Of a stretch of DNA of 64,000 bases, positions 27,301 to 42,300 are shown piece by piece (the first letter of the stretch is position 1; the number at the start of each line of letters is the position of its first letter). Source of the stretch: Balanoglossus misakiensis (lineage: Eukaryota > Animalia > Hemichordata); NCBI GenBank assembly GCA_040954595.2, contig CM082592.2, forward strand, positions 2,793,462 through 2,857,461, given 5' to 3'. A model generated the notes under the pieces. The model was not told where the DNA came from. It did no database searches and saw nothing but the letters and a program-made list of their open reading frames with translations. A program made the translations under genes and the position numbers.

Positions 27301-30300
27301 GAACTGGCTTCCATGTGCAAATACCAAAAATACCAAACGTGAGTACCGGTATGTTAAATGATCACATCGACAGGGAATAACCTTAAAAACAGCAGCTGTT
27401 GTCGAATGAAGCCATGAGCAAAATGTCTGTTGATGATGCAGGCCAAATAATGTATCAACCACCAAGGTCAAGACTGAAAATACATGTGTAGGATGAAAAT
27501 TACTGGTACCACATTTATGAGGTTCACACTGGACTAGTTATCGCAGCCTCTAATGAAAGTGAGCAGCTCTGCATCCAAGACCAGTGCTGGACAAGTTTCA
27601 CAATCTGCATGTTGACAAGACCAACAAACGATGTCGTCAACTGATCTGTGCTGTGATGTGAACATGATCAAACAGCTGCATGTGAAACAGAAAAGTACAC
27701 TGGTTCAAGTTTTCATTTTATGAAAACATGGGAAAGTGTAATAAACATGCCAAACTTAAACGTTCCAAATTTGATCTGTTCACTGCATTTGGCTCTCGTC
27801 TTTATAAACTGTACTTTGTGCCTGCATAAAGTGTATAACTATGAGACTCTCTGATGAAATATTTCAGTGGGGCTTGCTTGTCACTTTTCAGAACTTGAAG
27901 TGTATTGATCCACTCGATAGATATGCAAGAGTTTCACATGAGCAGATAATTAAAAAACACTTTGCTTCGCTCGGTGATTATTTCCCGCCAATAATGCTAA
28001 TTTTCACCTGAGAGGTCTTATATCCGCAACCAAATACCCTCGCTAACCGTTTATAACCTCTAAATAAGCTCCTCCACAAAAACTGAATGGCAATTGATGC
28101 AAATTTATAATATCAATGAGCCCGCAGATTGTGAATGTGATTCTGTTTCTAACTTTAGCATTGGAACATGAAACACAAACTTGCAGAATGTGAATTTTGC
28201 AATGTGCTCACAACATCGGTAAGCTTCATTCTGCAACAGGTACTGAGTACAACATTTTGATGTTGATGAGATTTGAAAAATAGGTGCAAGAGTCACAGAG
28301 CTCACAAAGTGGGTCTGGCATTGTTGACATCTGCAACAAACAGGACAAAATCGAGGGTCCCCCACGTGTGTATGATGGAGGTCGTTGCTTCACTTTACTC
28401 CAATTTTGTGCATAAGAGATTTGGCTATTGTCTATGACAGATGTTAGCTATCATTTGCTTCAATCAATTGTTTACTGAAAATATACCATGTCAGTATTAC
28501 TAAACTTGTAACCTTTCAAACGTATATTTGTGTCTTTTTTCCCACATATGTTACTCAACATGGTTGCTTGAAATTTTAATATAAAATTGTCGATCGCAAT
28601 GTGTTGCTTGCTTCAAACATATAATGCCAATATTACTACATGTACAATGATTTCAATTTTTCTTCGATTCCAAAAATTGTGCTGTTCAATGGTACACATG
28701 TGCTATTCTCATCCTCACATCCTGTATACATGTATAATTGGTGAAAGAGTCACTATGATTCAGAGAGCAAAAAACATAAATAAGCTGTCAAAAGAAACTA
28801 AAATAGCCAAAATAATATGCCATAGTGAGTGACTTTTGCCCTTAATATTTAGAGCAGTCACAATTAATCAGATCAAATTAGGGCTTCAACTGCTACATGC
28901 ATTGCTGAAAAGTGGCTGGGGGGGGGGGGGTCTGTGAAAGTTAGAGGGGGGGGGGGAGGGGGGTATCATACCGTTTCAGTGAAAATTCATCAGAGCCAAT
29001 CAAAGAGTGTGTTTCATGAAGGCAGTAATAACTTTGTGAAACAATACAACACTAGCTAATTACCATTCATAAAAAAATTAAATGTCCTATTCACAATTTC
29101 CCAGTGAAATTTGCCAGAGTTTCATTTTACGCAGCACAGAGGAGAAGTAAACCTCTGGCACATGAGAATGTGTTCCAGTGTTCAGTCTGTAAGCTTCCAA
29201 CCAACAGGTTTAACCTAGGAAATAGTACCAAACCCAATCCACTATATATCTGTATCTCAGAGTCAAATCATTTGTCACTAATTCTGTAATTCTGGCTGCC
29301 CTAAATAGGTTTTCACTTTGCGCTAGGGGTTCAAATCACATTGCATTCTGAGCGAAAAGTCGACAACCCACTGTAGTAAGAGATAGAAGAAATGATATGT
29401 TTACTGTATTTCATGACTTCCTTTGGTCAAACATGTCTGTTAAAAAGTTTCAGAATGACCCATCATCACTTTAGCTTATGAACTCCCATTTCTTAAACAT
29501 GGCAAAAATCGGCCATCTTGAAATTGTGTCGACCATATGAGATTTTCATCACTCACTTCTAAGGTAGCTTAAAACCTATTTAAGGTAGGGAGAATTGCTC
29601 TAATAATAGAGATGGTTCAGATGACAACTTGAAGAACTATCACAGAGCCAAGACTACTGTCTTATCTTTACAGCAAGAACACAGACTGCCTACTATCTTA
29701 ACAGCATACCCCTTTATAAACAGAACTACAATTTTGTGCCTCATATTATTGTCAGTTTTACATTTGATTACAATGTTTACAGATTTGTCTTCTGCTATGA
29801 CATCAAATATGCTAATTAGCCAAGATTTGATGTAGCGGATAATTAGCTTCTGATGTAAAATTTACAGAATTTAAGTAGGATTTTAAATTTACAAGTCTGA
29901 TGTTTACAACTGTAATGCTGTTTGTCTGATACCCTAATAAAGGTGACTTTTTGAATTCATTTTCAAACCATCTTGATCTTTCTGCCTTATTATGCAATAT
30001 TGTAATTGTCCAAAGTGGGAAAATAAGTTAAGTATTGTATATTCCCAAAAAACATAAAACCTCTTTGAAACTTTGAATCTCTTGAAGAGAAGGACACCAT
30101 ACAGGCAGTTTTATTCCTGAATAGTACATTTCAGAGAAATTCGAACTGAATGATGGTTACACAGAATAAATTTGTAGACGTAAAAGTGATTTTCTGAATA
30201 AAAAATTCAGAGAGGAATTCACTGCTTTATAATTTAATTGACAGAGTAGCTTCAGAGTGATGACATTTCAATATTCTGTGTCAAACAAACATGTAAATTA

Positions 30301-33300
30301 AAACAAGTCTCTAAAACCACACACTGTACCCCCCGAAAAATCAATTAATACTCTTAACATTTGTGCAGTAAATGGATGAAATTTGTATGATTCTACAATT
30401 CACTCCCAGCTGTGTCAACACAGGTGTAGTTATGCCTGCATAGAACACAAGCCTGGTAGTGCATTGGGGATATGTATGTCAATCGCCTCTTAAGCACGTC
30501 GACAGTATGAAGGATGATGAAGTGGCTTTTTGTGATGCAGTTCTGTCGCTGTTTAGCTGCTTTGCAAATCTGATATTGCCTGTATTACTTTCTTTTATGT
30601 TGTAATGATCGAGTTACTATTTGCTTTTGGGTGTACTAATATCAGGCTAGTTTTTGAATTACAAAATGAATTTTACTCCATCAAGTTTAATAATATTCTC
30701 TGGCTGGCAGGTAAAATTAACAAAAAACAAACTAAAGCACAGTCCTGACCAGATATGAAGTGAAAATTTATATTGAAAATATGCAAATTAGCAATTAACT
30801 TTAAATTTTAAACAGTTCGAACTCTCTTAATGTAAATTGCAATACAGTTGCCAGTTCAAGGTATATATACACTTCATGCAGTTTGGTGCAGTAAACTCAA
30901 AAATATATCACAAAATACAAGAATTCATTAAACATGCAAATCTGAAGTTAATTTGCTGTTATTTTATCACTATTAAAATTTTAATAATTATACTATTAAA
31001 ACAAAAGTTCATTATACTTTGATATTTTCCTGGTTTTAATTCAGAAACTTGTAAAAGAATCATAGAATATATTTTACATGTAATAGAACTATTTATTGCT
31101 GAAATGTTTAACAACGGAAATGCGATTCTTAGAAACCAGATGAAGTTATAGTCCCCAACAAAGATCTCATTGTATCATGTGTTGTGCACATATTGCAAAT
31201 ATGAATATGTATATTTCCTGATATTAAAAATATGGCACATGTGTTTTGATAGAGATAATCACAGCCAGTCAGTTCACAATAACATTTCCCACAGCATTAC
31301 AAATGGCAGAAATATTAATATAAAAGTTGGTACTATGCATTGTTACATTTCATTAAATATCATTTGCAATAACCAGATTTATTATTATTTATCATAGATG
31401 GATGGAAAATAATCACTATATGATCAATTTAACAAAATAGCAGTTATCCATTTAATATGAAGTTACCTAGACCAAGGATGATTTTAATAAAATATCTCAA
31501 AGGAAACATGAAGGGCCACTATCTGTAACTTCTGTGGCAGAATAGGCAGATGGTAGGGAGATGCAGATAGACAGAAGGGAGATGTGGGGACAATGTCTGG
31601 AGATGTGATGTGGTGGGAGATAATTTTGGGTGGTTGCAGAGAGATGTGAAAGGGGTTGCTAAATTGACACAGAATCTTTCGATATCTGTCATCTCAGATA
31701 AAATGAGGTTTTGTAAACAATCTGTGAAGGCATTGTATTTATCTTTTGCCCACCAGTGTTCAGGGATCAAAACGACATATGGGGTTTGGTTGTCTGGGCC
31801 AGAAAATGTTGTCATATAAATGGCCATATACTTTTGTTATAACTCCAACACTTTAATTTTAAAAGTTATATGATAATCCGCCATCATTTACTGATAACAC
31901 TGTTTGTCTCACAAGTTTGTCATATCTTACTAGGATGAAACTCTGAAAAATTCACCCAATTCAACCAGGCCATGCTTGTAATGCTGCCTAATACCAGTTT
32001 CAGAGACACTATAAATTTGCCATTTGTAAACACAGAGCATTAATCCTTTGAGTCGCTTTGTGTCCGCACACACACAGTTTAAGCATAGACCCTGGCGCTC
32101 ACCTCCATAGACAATGCATTGTGAATCCTATACACTGGCTCCGTTTTTTGCTGTCTCAAATCTTAAACGTTCCAGGATGTTATGCCACATACATAACACA
32201 GGATGTTATTCACAATGTTATGCCAGGATTTGACCTGAGACGTTTCAGAAGTGTTGCAAATGTATGAGTGTGAACCCCATATAAAATGAATCCTGAATTA
32301 TCATTTATGTGCATTATCATCCATATATAAATCGCATACATGTACTAGTACCGTACTAAAACATCAAATCATCCAACCTGTACTGTTTGAACAGGACAGA
32401 CAGACAGGCAGGCAGGCAGGCAGGCAGGCAGACGAACAGAGACAGGCAGAGTGCCCTCTATAAAGGCCATATGATGCGCCACTGACTCAACAAACTCACT
32501 GGTGACTCAAGAACATTATCCACACTACATGCAAAGGTATAGGGCTGACTCAGAGAAATTTTAAGAAATCCTCAAATTGACTCAAAGCTTTTAGAAATAT
32601 GTTTGTTACAGGGCACACAGAAGGCAGACAGAGACACACAGACAGAGACACACAGACAGGGACAGACAGACAGACATTCCTATGTTGTCAACATAAAAAC
32701 TAGATTGTTGCTGATCCAAACTGACAACATGACCCAAACTTTACTGCTGTATAAATTATTCACCAACAAAACTACATTCTGAGAGGGCAGGCAGTATAAA
32801 TTGACTTCAGCGAGGCCTATAGAAATGGCAGCGTCTATACAAAGGCTTGGAATTGAAAGAAGGAATTAGTTCGGACACTTAGACAAATCAATAGGTTTTT
32901 GTTGCACAAACTGGGTTTTGATCTTGTGAAAGGCTGTATTCTCAAGACGTGTGAACATTAAGTAGCAAAGAATCATATCCAACGCACAAACACTATAATC
33001 AGTCAGGAGACTGTATTATACTCCACAACATGACAATCAATAGAAACATTAGATGTCTGAAGATTGATTTTTGAGGTTACTCTTAAAGTTGAAGGGTATT
33101 TTCTGGTAATAACAGCTCACCGCCAATAACTAGACTGCAGTCAGCATTATAATAACTAGGCCAAAGTACATTTTACTTGTGAATATAACAAACACTACAT
33201 GTAATTGATTTCTCGATTTCTAAAAATTACATAACTATTATGGCCAAGTGAAATTGTAAGCTTCAAGCTTGTTTTATTTTTCCAATTTCATACGAGCTTA

Positions 33301-36300
33301 TATTATTCCAATCTCATAGAAGCTTATCCTATTTTTCTTAAATTCACAAAATACATCCAAATGTTGGGTGGATTTTTAAATATCTGTAATGGAGATGAAT
33401 CATTGGGTTTCTGTCCGTCAAAAATTAAATGCTGGTACACTTTGAACACAATCCTTATTAGAACAAAATCGTCAGAATTTTTTTGGAATGTCTGTAAAAT
33501 TCCCAGTTCATATAATATAAAGTTTGCCATTTTCTCACCTGATTAGTCAAGAAAATGAGTCATTATGGAAAGTTAGATTATCGGATTAATTGCCCTAATG
33601 TAGTTTCATGGGTCAACACCGTCAAATACATTTTCCTGTAATATTAATTCCTTAATGTTGTATTTGAAAATAAAACTCAAACAAGGTACTTAACTGAGAT
33701 GGCTGGGCAAGCAAAAAGGAGCGAGTTGTATTAAAGATAATTGTTCGAATGGCCTGGCCAGTCATCTCCTGGTATGCCATTGAGTAACGTGTCAACAGGT
33801 GGTGTCATTCGTCGAGAGCATTTCATTGATTTCTAGATTAGCTGATGTGATTATCGGGAGCCAAACACATCCATTGATTGATTGCATTCTTTTATCTGAG
33901 GAATTAAAAATCACCGGAACTATCCACTTAGCGCTGACTGAACGTGTACGATAATCCATAGAAAACACAGAACCCAATCACATTAGCCATGCTGGCAGTG
34001 TACGTAGCCGAGACTGGTACTGACATGTGTCAATCAAACTGTGAATGACAGGTAACTGTCGCTTGGGGGGCGGAGCTTATTCTGGTCTGTTTGGTGTTGA
34101 CAAAGTAAATACTATATAGATGGAAAATGCAGACAGTTCTCAGGGACAACTGAATGCAATGCAAACACATTTAATATCGGAAAAGATTTAATAATGGAAG
34201 GAGTGAGGGTATAGCCTTCAGCTGTTCATGTCGTCTCATATCAGCAAACAGCTACCAATGCAAAATCAATCTTCTTACAGGGGTAATCACACTCCGAATT
34301 ATTTATGTAATCCACATAGCAAGACATGAAACACACACAGTTGGGCCTGGCACCCACGATATGGTGTGTACATTTTAATCTGGCTAGACACTGCATTCAC
34401 TGTATCTGGCTGATACCCACGCTAGTCTGGGATTTAACATTAAAACTATAAACCCACTCTTTAATAAATAGAGAGAGTGCAGTTAACTGCATGTACAGAT
34501 TCCGAAACATTTTATTAGGTGCAATTACTCCACACATAATGCCATTACAACTTGGCAGCTCATATTGATTACAGCTGACCATTTTGCGGCATCACATCCT
34601 TCGCCGTCCCGCTTATGTTATATTTCTGTAGACTCAATCATTTCTTCATTTTGGAAATGACCTCAGTAACATTAGGCAGGAACTGTCAAATAATATTGAC
34701 TGCTACGATATTAGATTGCTTCATAAAATTAATGTTTCATAGGTTAGATTTGTCAGGCCGCTGTGTGAACTGAACAATGAATTTCTAGTGTGTATTAAGT
34801 TACAAATATGAATTTGTCCCTCAATGTGTCAATTTTTCACGTTTGGATTACGACATGTATACAGTTTGTCTATTATTCATTAACTTCCAATTACCGAACA
34901 ATCAAACTGTTCAGAAGCAACAAAAACTGGATAAAGTGGCTGTATTTTCTCATTTTTTTCAGCGAGGCATCCATCAATATTGTCACTTTGGGCATTGAAA
35001 TAGCCGTGTCACTAACATATACTGTAGCTGGAACGCACTAAATGGATCAGTTTATCAAAACGTTTTATACCGCTCTCGAAAACAAAAATCTGCGATACAA
35101 GCAAGTTAAAATGAAATAAATTATAAAGTGAAACGACACAACACGATATGACAGCATTAGAATGTATAGTGGAGGGACTGAGTCTTGTTGGATGCATGTA
35201 GCTTGGAGGGACTGTAGCTGGGTGGGTCACAGTGGAGGGACCGTTTCTTGGTGGGCTCACCGCACAGGGACATAGTGTGGCATGGAAGGTTCACATGCCC
35301 ACCTTGGGGATGGATTATTTTATTTCAATCTTAAACTAACATTGTGGACCACTGGTAGAATATCAATTCAATGACATCATTCTACACTTTCTAAATGAGC
35401 TAACTGAGATTTGCCCAAGATAAAAAAATATCTTCAAAGGACACATTGATCACAGGAAATCAAAATATAATGTATTATCTGCAAATTAGAAAGATCTGAT
35501 ATACAGAAAATGCTTGTCAATCATAAACATCTGATCTCTGATATTTTGCCCAATCCACAGATCACCACAAGTTACATATGAACCCAATTCCTGACATGAA
35601 AAATCCTGTATATAATTAAATTATAATCTAATATCATACATGGCTCTGCCCTTGGGGTTGTGTACCGATAGAAGGTTAAGATTAGAATTTTTTTTCTGTC
35701 TCAGTACAGTTGCAGAGTAAACACTTACATGGTTGATAATAGCATTGATTCATGACATGCAATCATACAGAATTAGTAGGAGTGGATAACCATATGAAAA
35801 AGTGTAGTTTTTTTTTTTCCAATATCAATAAAATATGCTACTGCCTTGCTTACGGTGATTCTCGAGATATTCAAAATTAGCACGTTTTGACATTTGAACA
35901 TTTTAAGACAGTCAAAGTACTCTGTTCGTTGCCATGTTTGCTTAAAGTTTACGTGGGGATTAGAAAAGGTAATACACTTGACAAAAGAGATCGAGACACT
36001 GAAACTTTGTGGATTTTATTCCATGACAGAGACAGTGTTATACCTGTGAATTGTTTGGAGAAAATGGTGGAATCACCTAAGGCTCGTGATCATTCTCCCA
36101 AACTCCTCATTATGTCTGCTGATAACAGCTTTTCAATGGTGGCATTTTTACTTTATTCAAATATTTATTCTGTCTCAGATATTAATGCTTTTTCCCTGCT
36201 GTTTACACAAACTTTCTTGTTTTTTGTTATTTTTAACCATGTATTGCACATCCTTACAGCAGTCCCATTTGGGTTCTGTGGTTTGAATTTTACTTTCAGT

Positions 36301-39300
36301 ATTGCATATCATGTTTGTTTTGAGCTTATAATAATTGTAGTGCATTCTGTGTCAGCTTTCATTACTGTTTGGTTTACAGCATGAAAATGCATTCATGAAA
36401 GCAATGATTTAAAGTAATAAAATGAAACGAAAACAGGGAAAAAGATAGCTAGGCTGTAAAACGGAAAATTTTCAAGAGCATTAAATCTGTGGGCCAAAAA
36501 ACGCAAAAATAAAAAGCCATGTAAAAATGTTTTTCAGAGATAACGATGCAGTGAAATACAAAAACGCAAAATTTAACCGTCGTGTAAAAGTTGCCTCTTT
36601 TGATATCGCAAAAATTTCCTGTCGCAGGAATTTTCCGTTTTACAGTAGTAATTCTCTCCGAATCCCAGCTTTTACCAAGAGTTTGTTGACAGTTTGGGTG
36701 ATGTGGCAGGGGCCTGGCAAATATCTCTAGTACTTGACCTAACACTCCACAGCAAATGTACACAGACACTGACGTGTGCTCGGTGACCACATTATTAGCA
36801 TAGTTACATGAAGGTTAAAGTTCACAGGAAAACCTGATCGATGACCTTTATGAACGTGTTTGTGATATTAAAGTGTGCTCTGAAATGTGCGACAGCAAAA
36901 TCTAAAACAGTTTCATTCTTTCCCCTAAATCATAGGCCTGTGTTGACATTTACACATACACTAATAAACATTATGTGAACTTGAATGGAAAGCGATTCTA
37001 CATGTACAACAAGTTGTCATGTCTTGAAGAAATACTCAACTCAAAATAGACTTCAAATATTTTGTGCAGATGTGAGCGGTTTTCACACTTTTTCAGCACT
37101 TTTTAAAGTAAATAATACTCTGCTTTGGATGAGAATTAACTTTAATAATATGTGAAATCTACAATTATTTAAATATAATAAGTTACACGTAGGTGTCCCA
37201 TGTGCATACTGATTATGAAGTCAAAATGCTCCACGCTTGAAAAACCTGATTTATGAAACAGCTGCATTGTACTAAGATCTATTTCAGCTTTTACGTCGTT
37301 GTTATAATTCCAGTGAAACCTGTCTATTATAGACACTTCCAGACCAAAAAATCTGTCCTTTAGGGAGGTGTCCTTAATAGACAGGTAACATTCTATTCAA
37401 ATTGTAACTTTCGTCTTGAAAGAACTGTCCTTAATAGAGAGGTGTCCTGATTAGAGAGGTGTCTGTAATGACAAGTTTCACTGTACTGCAATCAACAATA
37501 TTCTATTCAAATCACTGCCCCTAACCCTCCGCAAGTTAGAAGAAGTATACAATGTAGCTCTGAGTCTGAGGTAAATATTGATGGGTGCCAGGAGATGGCA
37601 AGCACCTAGAGAAATGACTGTTAATAAACAGGTTACGGTAGAATGCGTGTGTTATCACTCAAGTACAGACCAAACTATACAGCCATGTTACATCAGAGTA
37701 CACAATTTGCATCCACTTACAAAATGTTAGAAACACAACAATGTATTCAACAAAGTAATACTGACCAATCATTTACATAATATGAGAATAGATTTTCAGG
37801 TTTGGTCAGTGCCTGGAAACAAAACGATTTTGTTTGCTTTTCCAAGCTCACATGTCGCCTAAAATGAATTTGACGTCCAACAATAGCACTGATGACAGAG
37901 AATTATGCAACAAGTTCGGATTGAAATAGTTCCCTCTGGAGATTCACACACAATGGCACAGAATTCAAATCAATAACATACATAGTAAGGCTTGGGTTTG
38001 ATCCAGTGATTTTGGGTGAATCTATGTTCTGGGAAATGGGGGTGATAGGGTTAAGAGACTGCTTGGTTGACACCATTTAGTTGGCCCGGTACAGACATGA
38101 GGTACGTGGCAGCAAGTCTCTCTGTGAACAGGAATTTCTACAACCATCCCAACAAATCATTGACACTTACCGGTAAATACACGTGGCAAATGACAAATCA
38201 TGATTTGTATGTTGCACTCTGTGTATTGCACGAAGAATATTTTTTTCTTCTCCAGCCAATGAGAAAAAATCCCAGGCAACCATTACAAACATTTCATGAT
38301 GGTAAAACAGAATTTTTTCGTCAAACACAAGTGTTTTTTTAAATTCCCACATTGCTCTGTCATGTCAAATAACCCTGACAGGCCTAGAAACTGAAATGTA
38401 TGGATATTTTGGGTATATCACCACGATACAGAACCGCAGGTGTAGATATTCGTTCTCTGCAAATATCATGAATGGAGAAATATACATTGTCACTGGGATA
38501 AACAGAGGTAAATGCATCCCATTAAAACTTCAACGAAATTTTTAGAAATTTTAATATGTGTATGATACATATTTTCTAAAATTCACCGCAGACATATTAC
38601 CAGCAAAAACATCATACCAATATTTCTATACATTCTAAATGGAGTTCAGATGGCATACAGACACTCATGTTGCATGGCAGTAAATGGTGGAGTGAAGTCA
38701 CCCTATCTTGGCTACACATCCGGAAAACAGGACATTAATTGTACCAAGCCACAGCCTTCAAATAAGCCAACTCATTCAGTGTCTCACAGAATAAATATTT
38801 GTCTGTTCTTTCAAGTAGGTTGAAGCTATATATTAACCATGGGTGGAGACTGTACAGGCCGACAGACTGGTCAGAGGTCAATCCAGGGCATCAGTCGAGA
38901 TACCACCAGTGGGGGCATACGGTGACACAGATGACTGCCCTCTATGGTCAAATTGTGAGGATTTTTATTGACACGCTTGGACGAAGACGACACGGACAGC
39001 TCTTAGAATGGATATCGTTGCTCGGACAACAATCGCTGTCTGAAGTGAAATGTACTGGAATTGTCCAAGAACAGCTTCTGAGGATGGATTTAAAAGTTTC
39101 TTTTGCAAATAAGTCATTTGTTTGAAATTGACAGATGTGCTCCTATATTTCTGATATCTTTACAGATTTCTTCTTTCACTTTCACACCATACCATGAAAT
39201 GACTGTACACACATATAATGGTGGCCAATTTGATATTGGTACACACAGAAAATGGTGGACATTTTGAATGTTAAATGTTAGGTATATATACACAGAATAG

Positions 39301-42300
39301 TGATCATTTTCAGTGAATGTCATTATATTGCACACACAGAGAATGGTGGCCATTTTGATTGTCAAATATTGGACAGGTATAAATTTGAGGTGACATGGTT
39401 CCCCAGTCAAAAACTTTACATACTTGATATTAAAAGAGAACAATTAAAGGTTTCTTTTAGCAAACTGAAGTTGAGTAATTTTATAATAGGGTTAAATTGC
39501 CTATAACATGTACTGTAGTACAGCCACCTGTCAGCTATCAAGATTTGGTGCTACATTGTAAATTACAGTTACATATTAGAAATGTGATTAGCTAGAGTGT
39601 ACATATGCTTCTGAAAGTGGTGTACATGTAGTTTCACATTTATCTTTTGGCATTTTTTCAAAATTCTAGCCATTGCAAACTGGAAGTAAATTCACATAAG
39701 ATCTAAAATCGCTAAAAAAAGTTTCCACTTGACTAAAATAAGAACACCCGCCATAGTTTTATGGATTGAGAAAAGAACGATAAACATTGCCTGAAATTTG
39801 CATATTTAAATTACGTTAAGACTGTGTGCAGGCTACCATATGGAAAGTTGTTGAACGACAGCAGAAGGTGATCAACAATAACGCTTTAGTTTGGAGAGGA
39901 TGGCAGCAATATTGCTGCGTCATTACGTCCATTAATTTCTGACATCGCACTGGTTTCTTCAAATAGAAAAGTTAACAGCTTTTTTCAATGCACGCGATAA
40001 AACGCTTTGTTCATTCCCACTCTGATAGAATCGGCCACTCACCATGACAAACACACAAAGAAACAACTGTCCACATTGCTTATGAAAGTAACTTCTACAA
40101 ATCTACCCACAACAGCATATTGAATGGGTCAGTAGCCATCAAAACATTTTTTGATAATATTGTTTTATTCGTATGCCCACTTTCCAGCTTGACCTCTGTA
40201 GGCTTTTTTATACACATGTCCTAAATACATGTTACAAATTTCCAGGCAATCTCCTGCAACATAGCAAAAAAACTGCAGTTGATGAAAATTGAAAACTCTT
40301 GACATCATTTTGTCACTGCCTTTGAAAAGTTTAAATTACATTTTAGAAAATAAGAAAACATAACCATTTAATTCCCAGGATACCAATTTTATGATTCGTA
40401 TCACTATGAATATTTTTTGTTTAGTCAAATCCTGGGGCAGCAGATTTAGAATACACTGAACGAAGTTACAATAGAACAAAACTGCTTCTGGCACGACTGA
40501 CTGTTGGCATTAGACATAAAACATGAAACAAAACCTGGAACCAGATTTAAGGGGTATCATACAAAACAACCGTTTCCAGAAAACTTGACATGTCATATTA
40601 TACTCATTTTAAAGCTTAAATAAAATCACTTCAGGCATGTGAAAGAAAAACTACCTGATATGAATATTTTGCAACAAAACAGCTGACTGGTAGCCATGTT
40701 TGATCACACTGCCAAAACAATTCAATTCACATTGTCCTTTTGCCCAAGTCATATGCAATCAGTTTGAGGCATGTTTGCTAATATGGCTACCCGTGGCAAC
40801 CAGTACCAGTACATATTTATTGGTACATATCAAGATAAAAACTGCATATATGGGTTATGGTATCATGTTTTAGTGCTAATTTTTTACAAAATCATTGCAG
40901 GCATACACAACGAATAATGACTTTAGATACGGAACATTTTCTATCAAAATAGCTGTCAAATTTATGAGTATGCATATGTCAGGGTACACGTGCAAATTAC
41001 TTGGGTGAAATTGCATCAGACATGGCTTAATTGTTGTGGTTTAATTCAGATTTTCTATACGGATCAAGACAGACAGAAGGGCAAAATCCAGACAATAAGA
41101 CCCCACTACCTCTGCACTAGATCCTTCCAATGATTTTGATAGGTGATTACGGCCGGGTACTATAATGTCAATGTCCCTAGAGCTTGCTAGAATCAAATGT
41201 CAATTTAGCCATCATTAAGTCGGCAATGCTAAATCCATCAATAGCCTTCCACTACCAGGTCCTCATTGCACTCTGCAGATATTCATTGAGTGAAACCAAA
41301 AACTTTGTTATGTTTACTAAGTGAAAGCTGCTGCTTGAAGTGGACAAACCACATTCTGCTCGGTTGTCGTAAACCCATTGAAAGTTAATGAGCCATGACT
41401 AATTGATAGTTAATGAGGCAGAGCCAGAGGGGGGAACATGTCAGATTTAACTGTTTGAGGTGAAATTTGCTAAAAACGGCCAGCTGTGTATATGTTCCTA
41501 TTCCATTACAGCAACTGCTGATTGCATGAACAAAGATGTATGGGAAATGTGTATTGACTGCAGCTGGTTAGAAAAATTTGACCTGGACCATTTCTGTGTT
41601 CAGTGCAAGTTAATTTATCAATTACACAATTATATTTATTTACCTGTCGCACCCCTTTTAAATCAGGGCTCACTAAATCAAGACATTAGGAGCTGTAAGA
41701 GACTAGTGAAAAACTGAATTACGGAAAAGAAAATATCTTGAAACAAATTACAAAGAAAATCTAATATACAATTTAGTAAACCAAATTTTGTGGCCAGTTC
41801 CAAAGAATTGAGAAAGCCACTCTGTGATTGGTCATATGGATCCATTCGCTAAAACGAGATCTTCTATGGCATAGGTTCAGATGTAGCGTGGCGCGTACAC
41901 CGAGAACAGCCGAGACAGAAAGCAGAACAGCCAAGACAAAGACAGAGAACCTAAAGCCAAAAAAGCGCGCAGCGCCTAACTCTACATCTGATTTTAATCA
42001 GATTGTAGGTGGACCTACAGTGTATGTACCAGCTCCAATCCTGCTTGCGTGATCAGATCACATGTGAACAATTTAGGCCGGTTTAAAACAACCAACCAAA
42101 TATTGGCTTTTGTCTGGGCATTTCTGAACTCAATGACTGGACACAACACAAGTCTTGAAGGAAAGCTTGACCAATCGGGATACTAACCAGTCACAAGAGG
42201 GATCATATACGCTAAGTATATTTACAAAAAAACAAAAACATGATCACATGTAGTTGCAATAATGGATGTTGCCATCACATAAAACGCTTCCGCACGATCA

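Noticed and set aside
27270-27473. - strand acceptor tattttcag with a short ORF
   Set aside because: No convincing donor and no protein similarity.
28918-28963. Long G runs (also at 48291-48307) as functional G-quadruplexes
   Set aside because: Probably repeat fragments or homopolymer noise; nothing supports function.
33993-34015. TGGCAGTGTACGTAGC resembling miR-34
   Set aside because: Only the seed region matches and I could not find a complementary arm forming a pre-miRNA hairpin.
35887-36384. 165-aa hydrophobic ORF
   Set aside because: TTG start, T-rich composition explains the hydrophobicity, and there is no recognisable motif or splice context.
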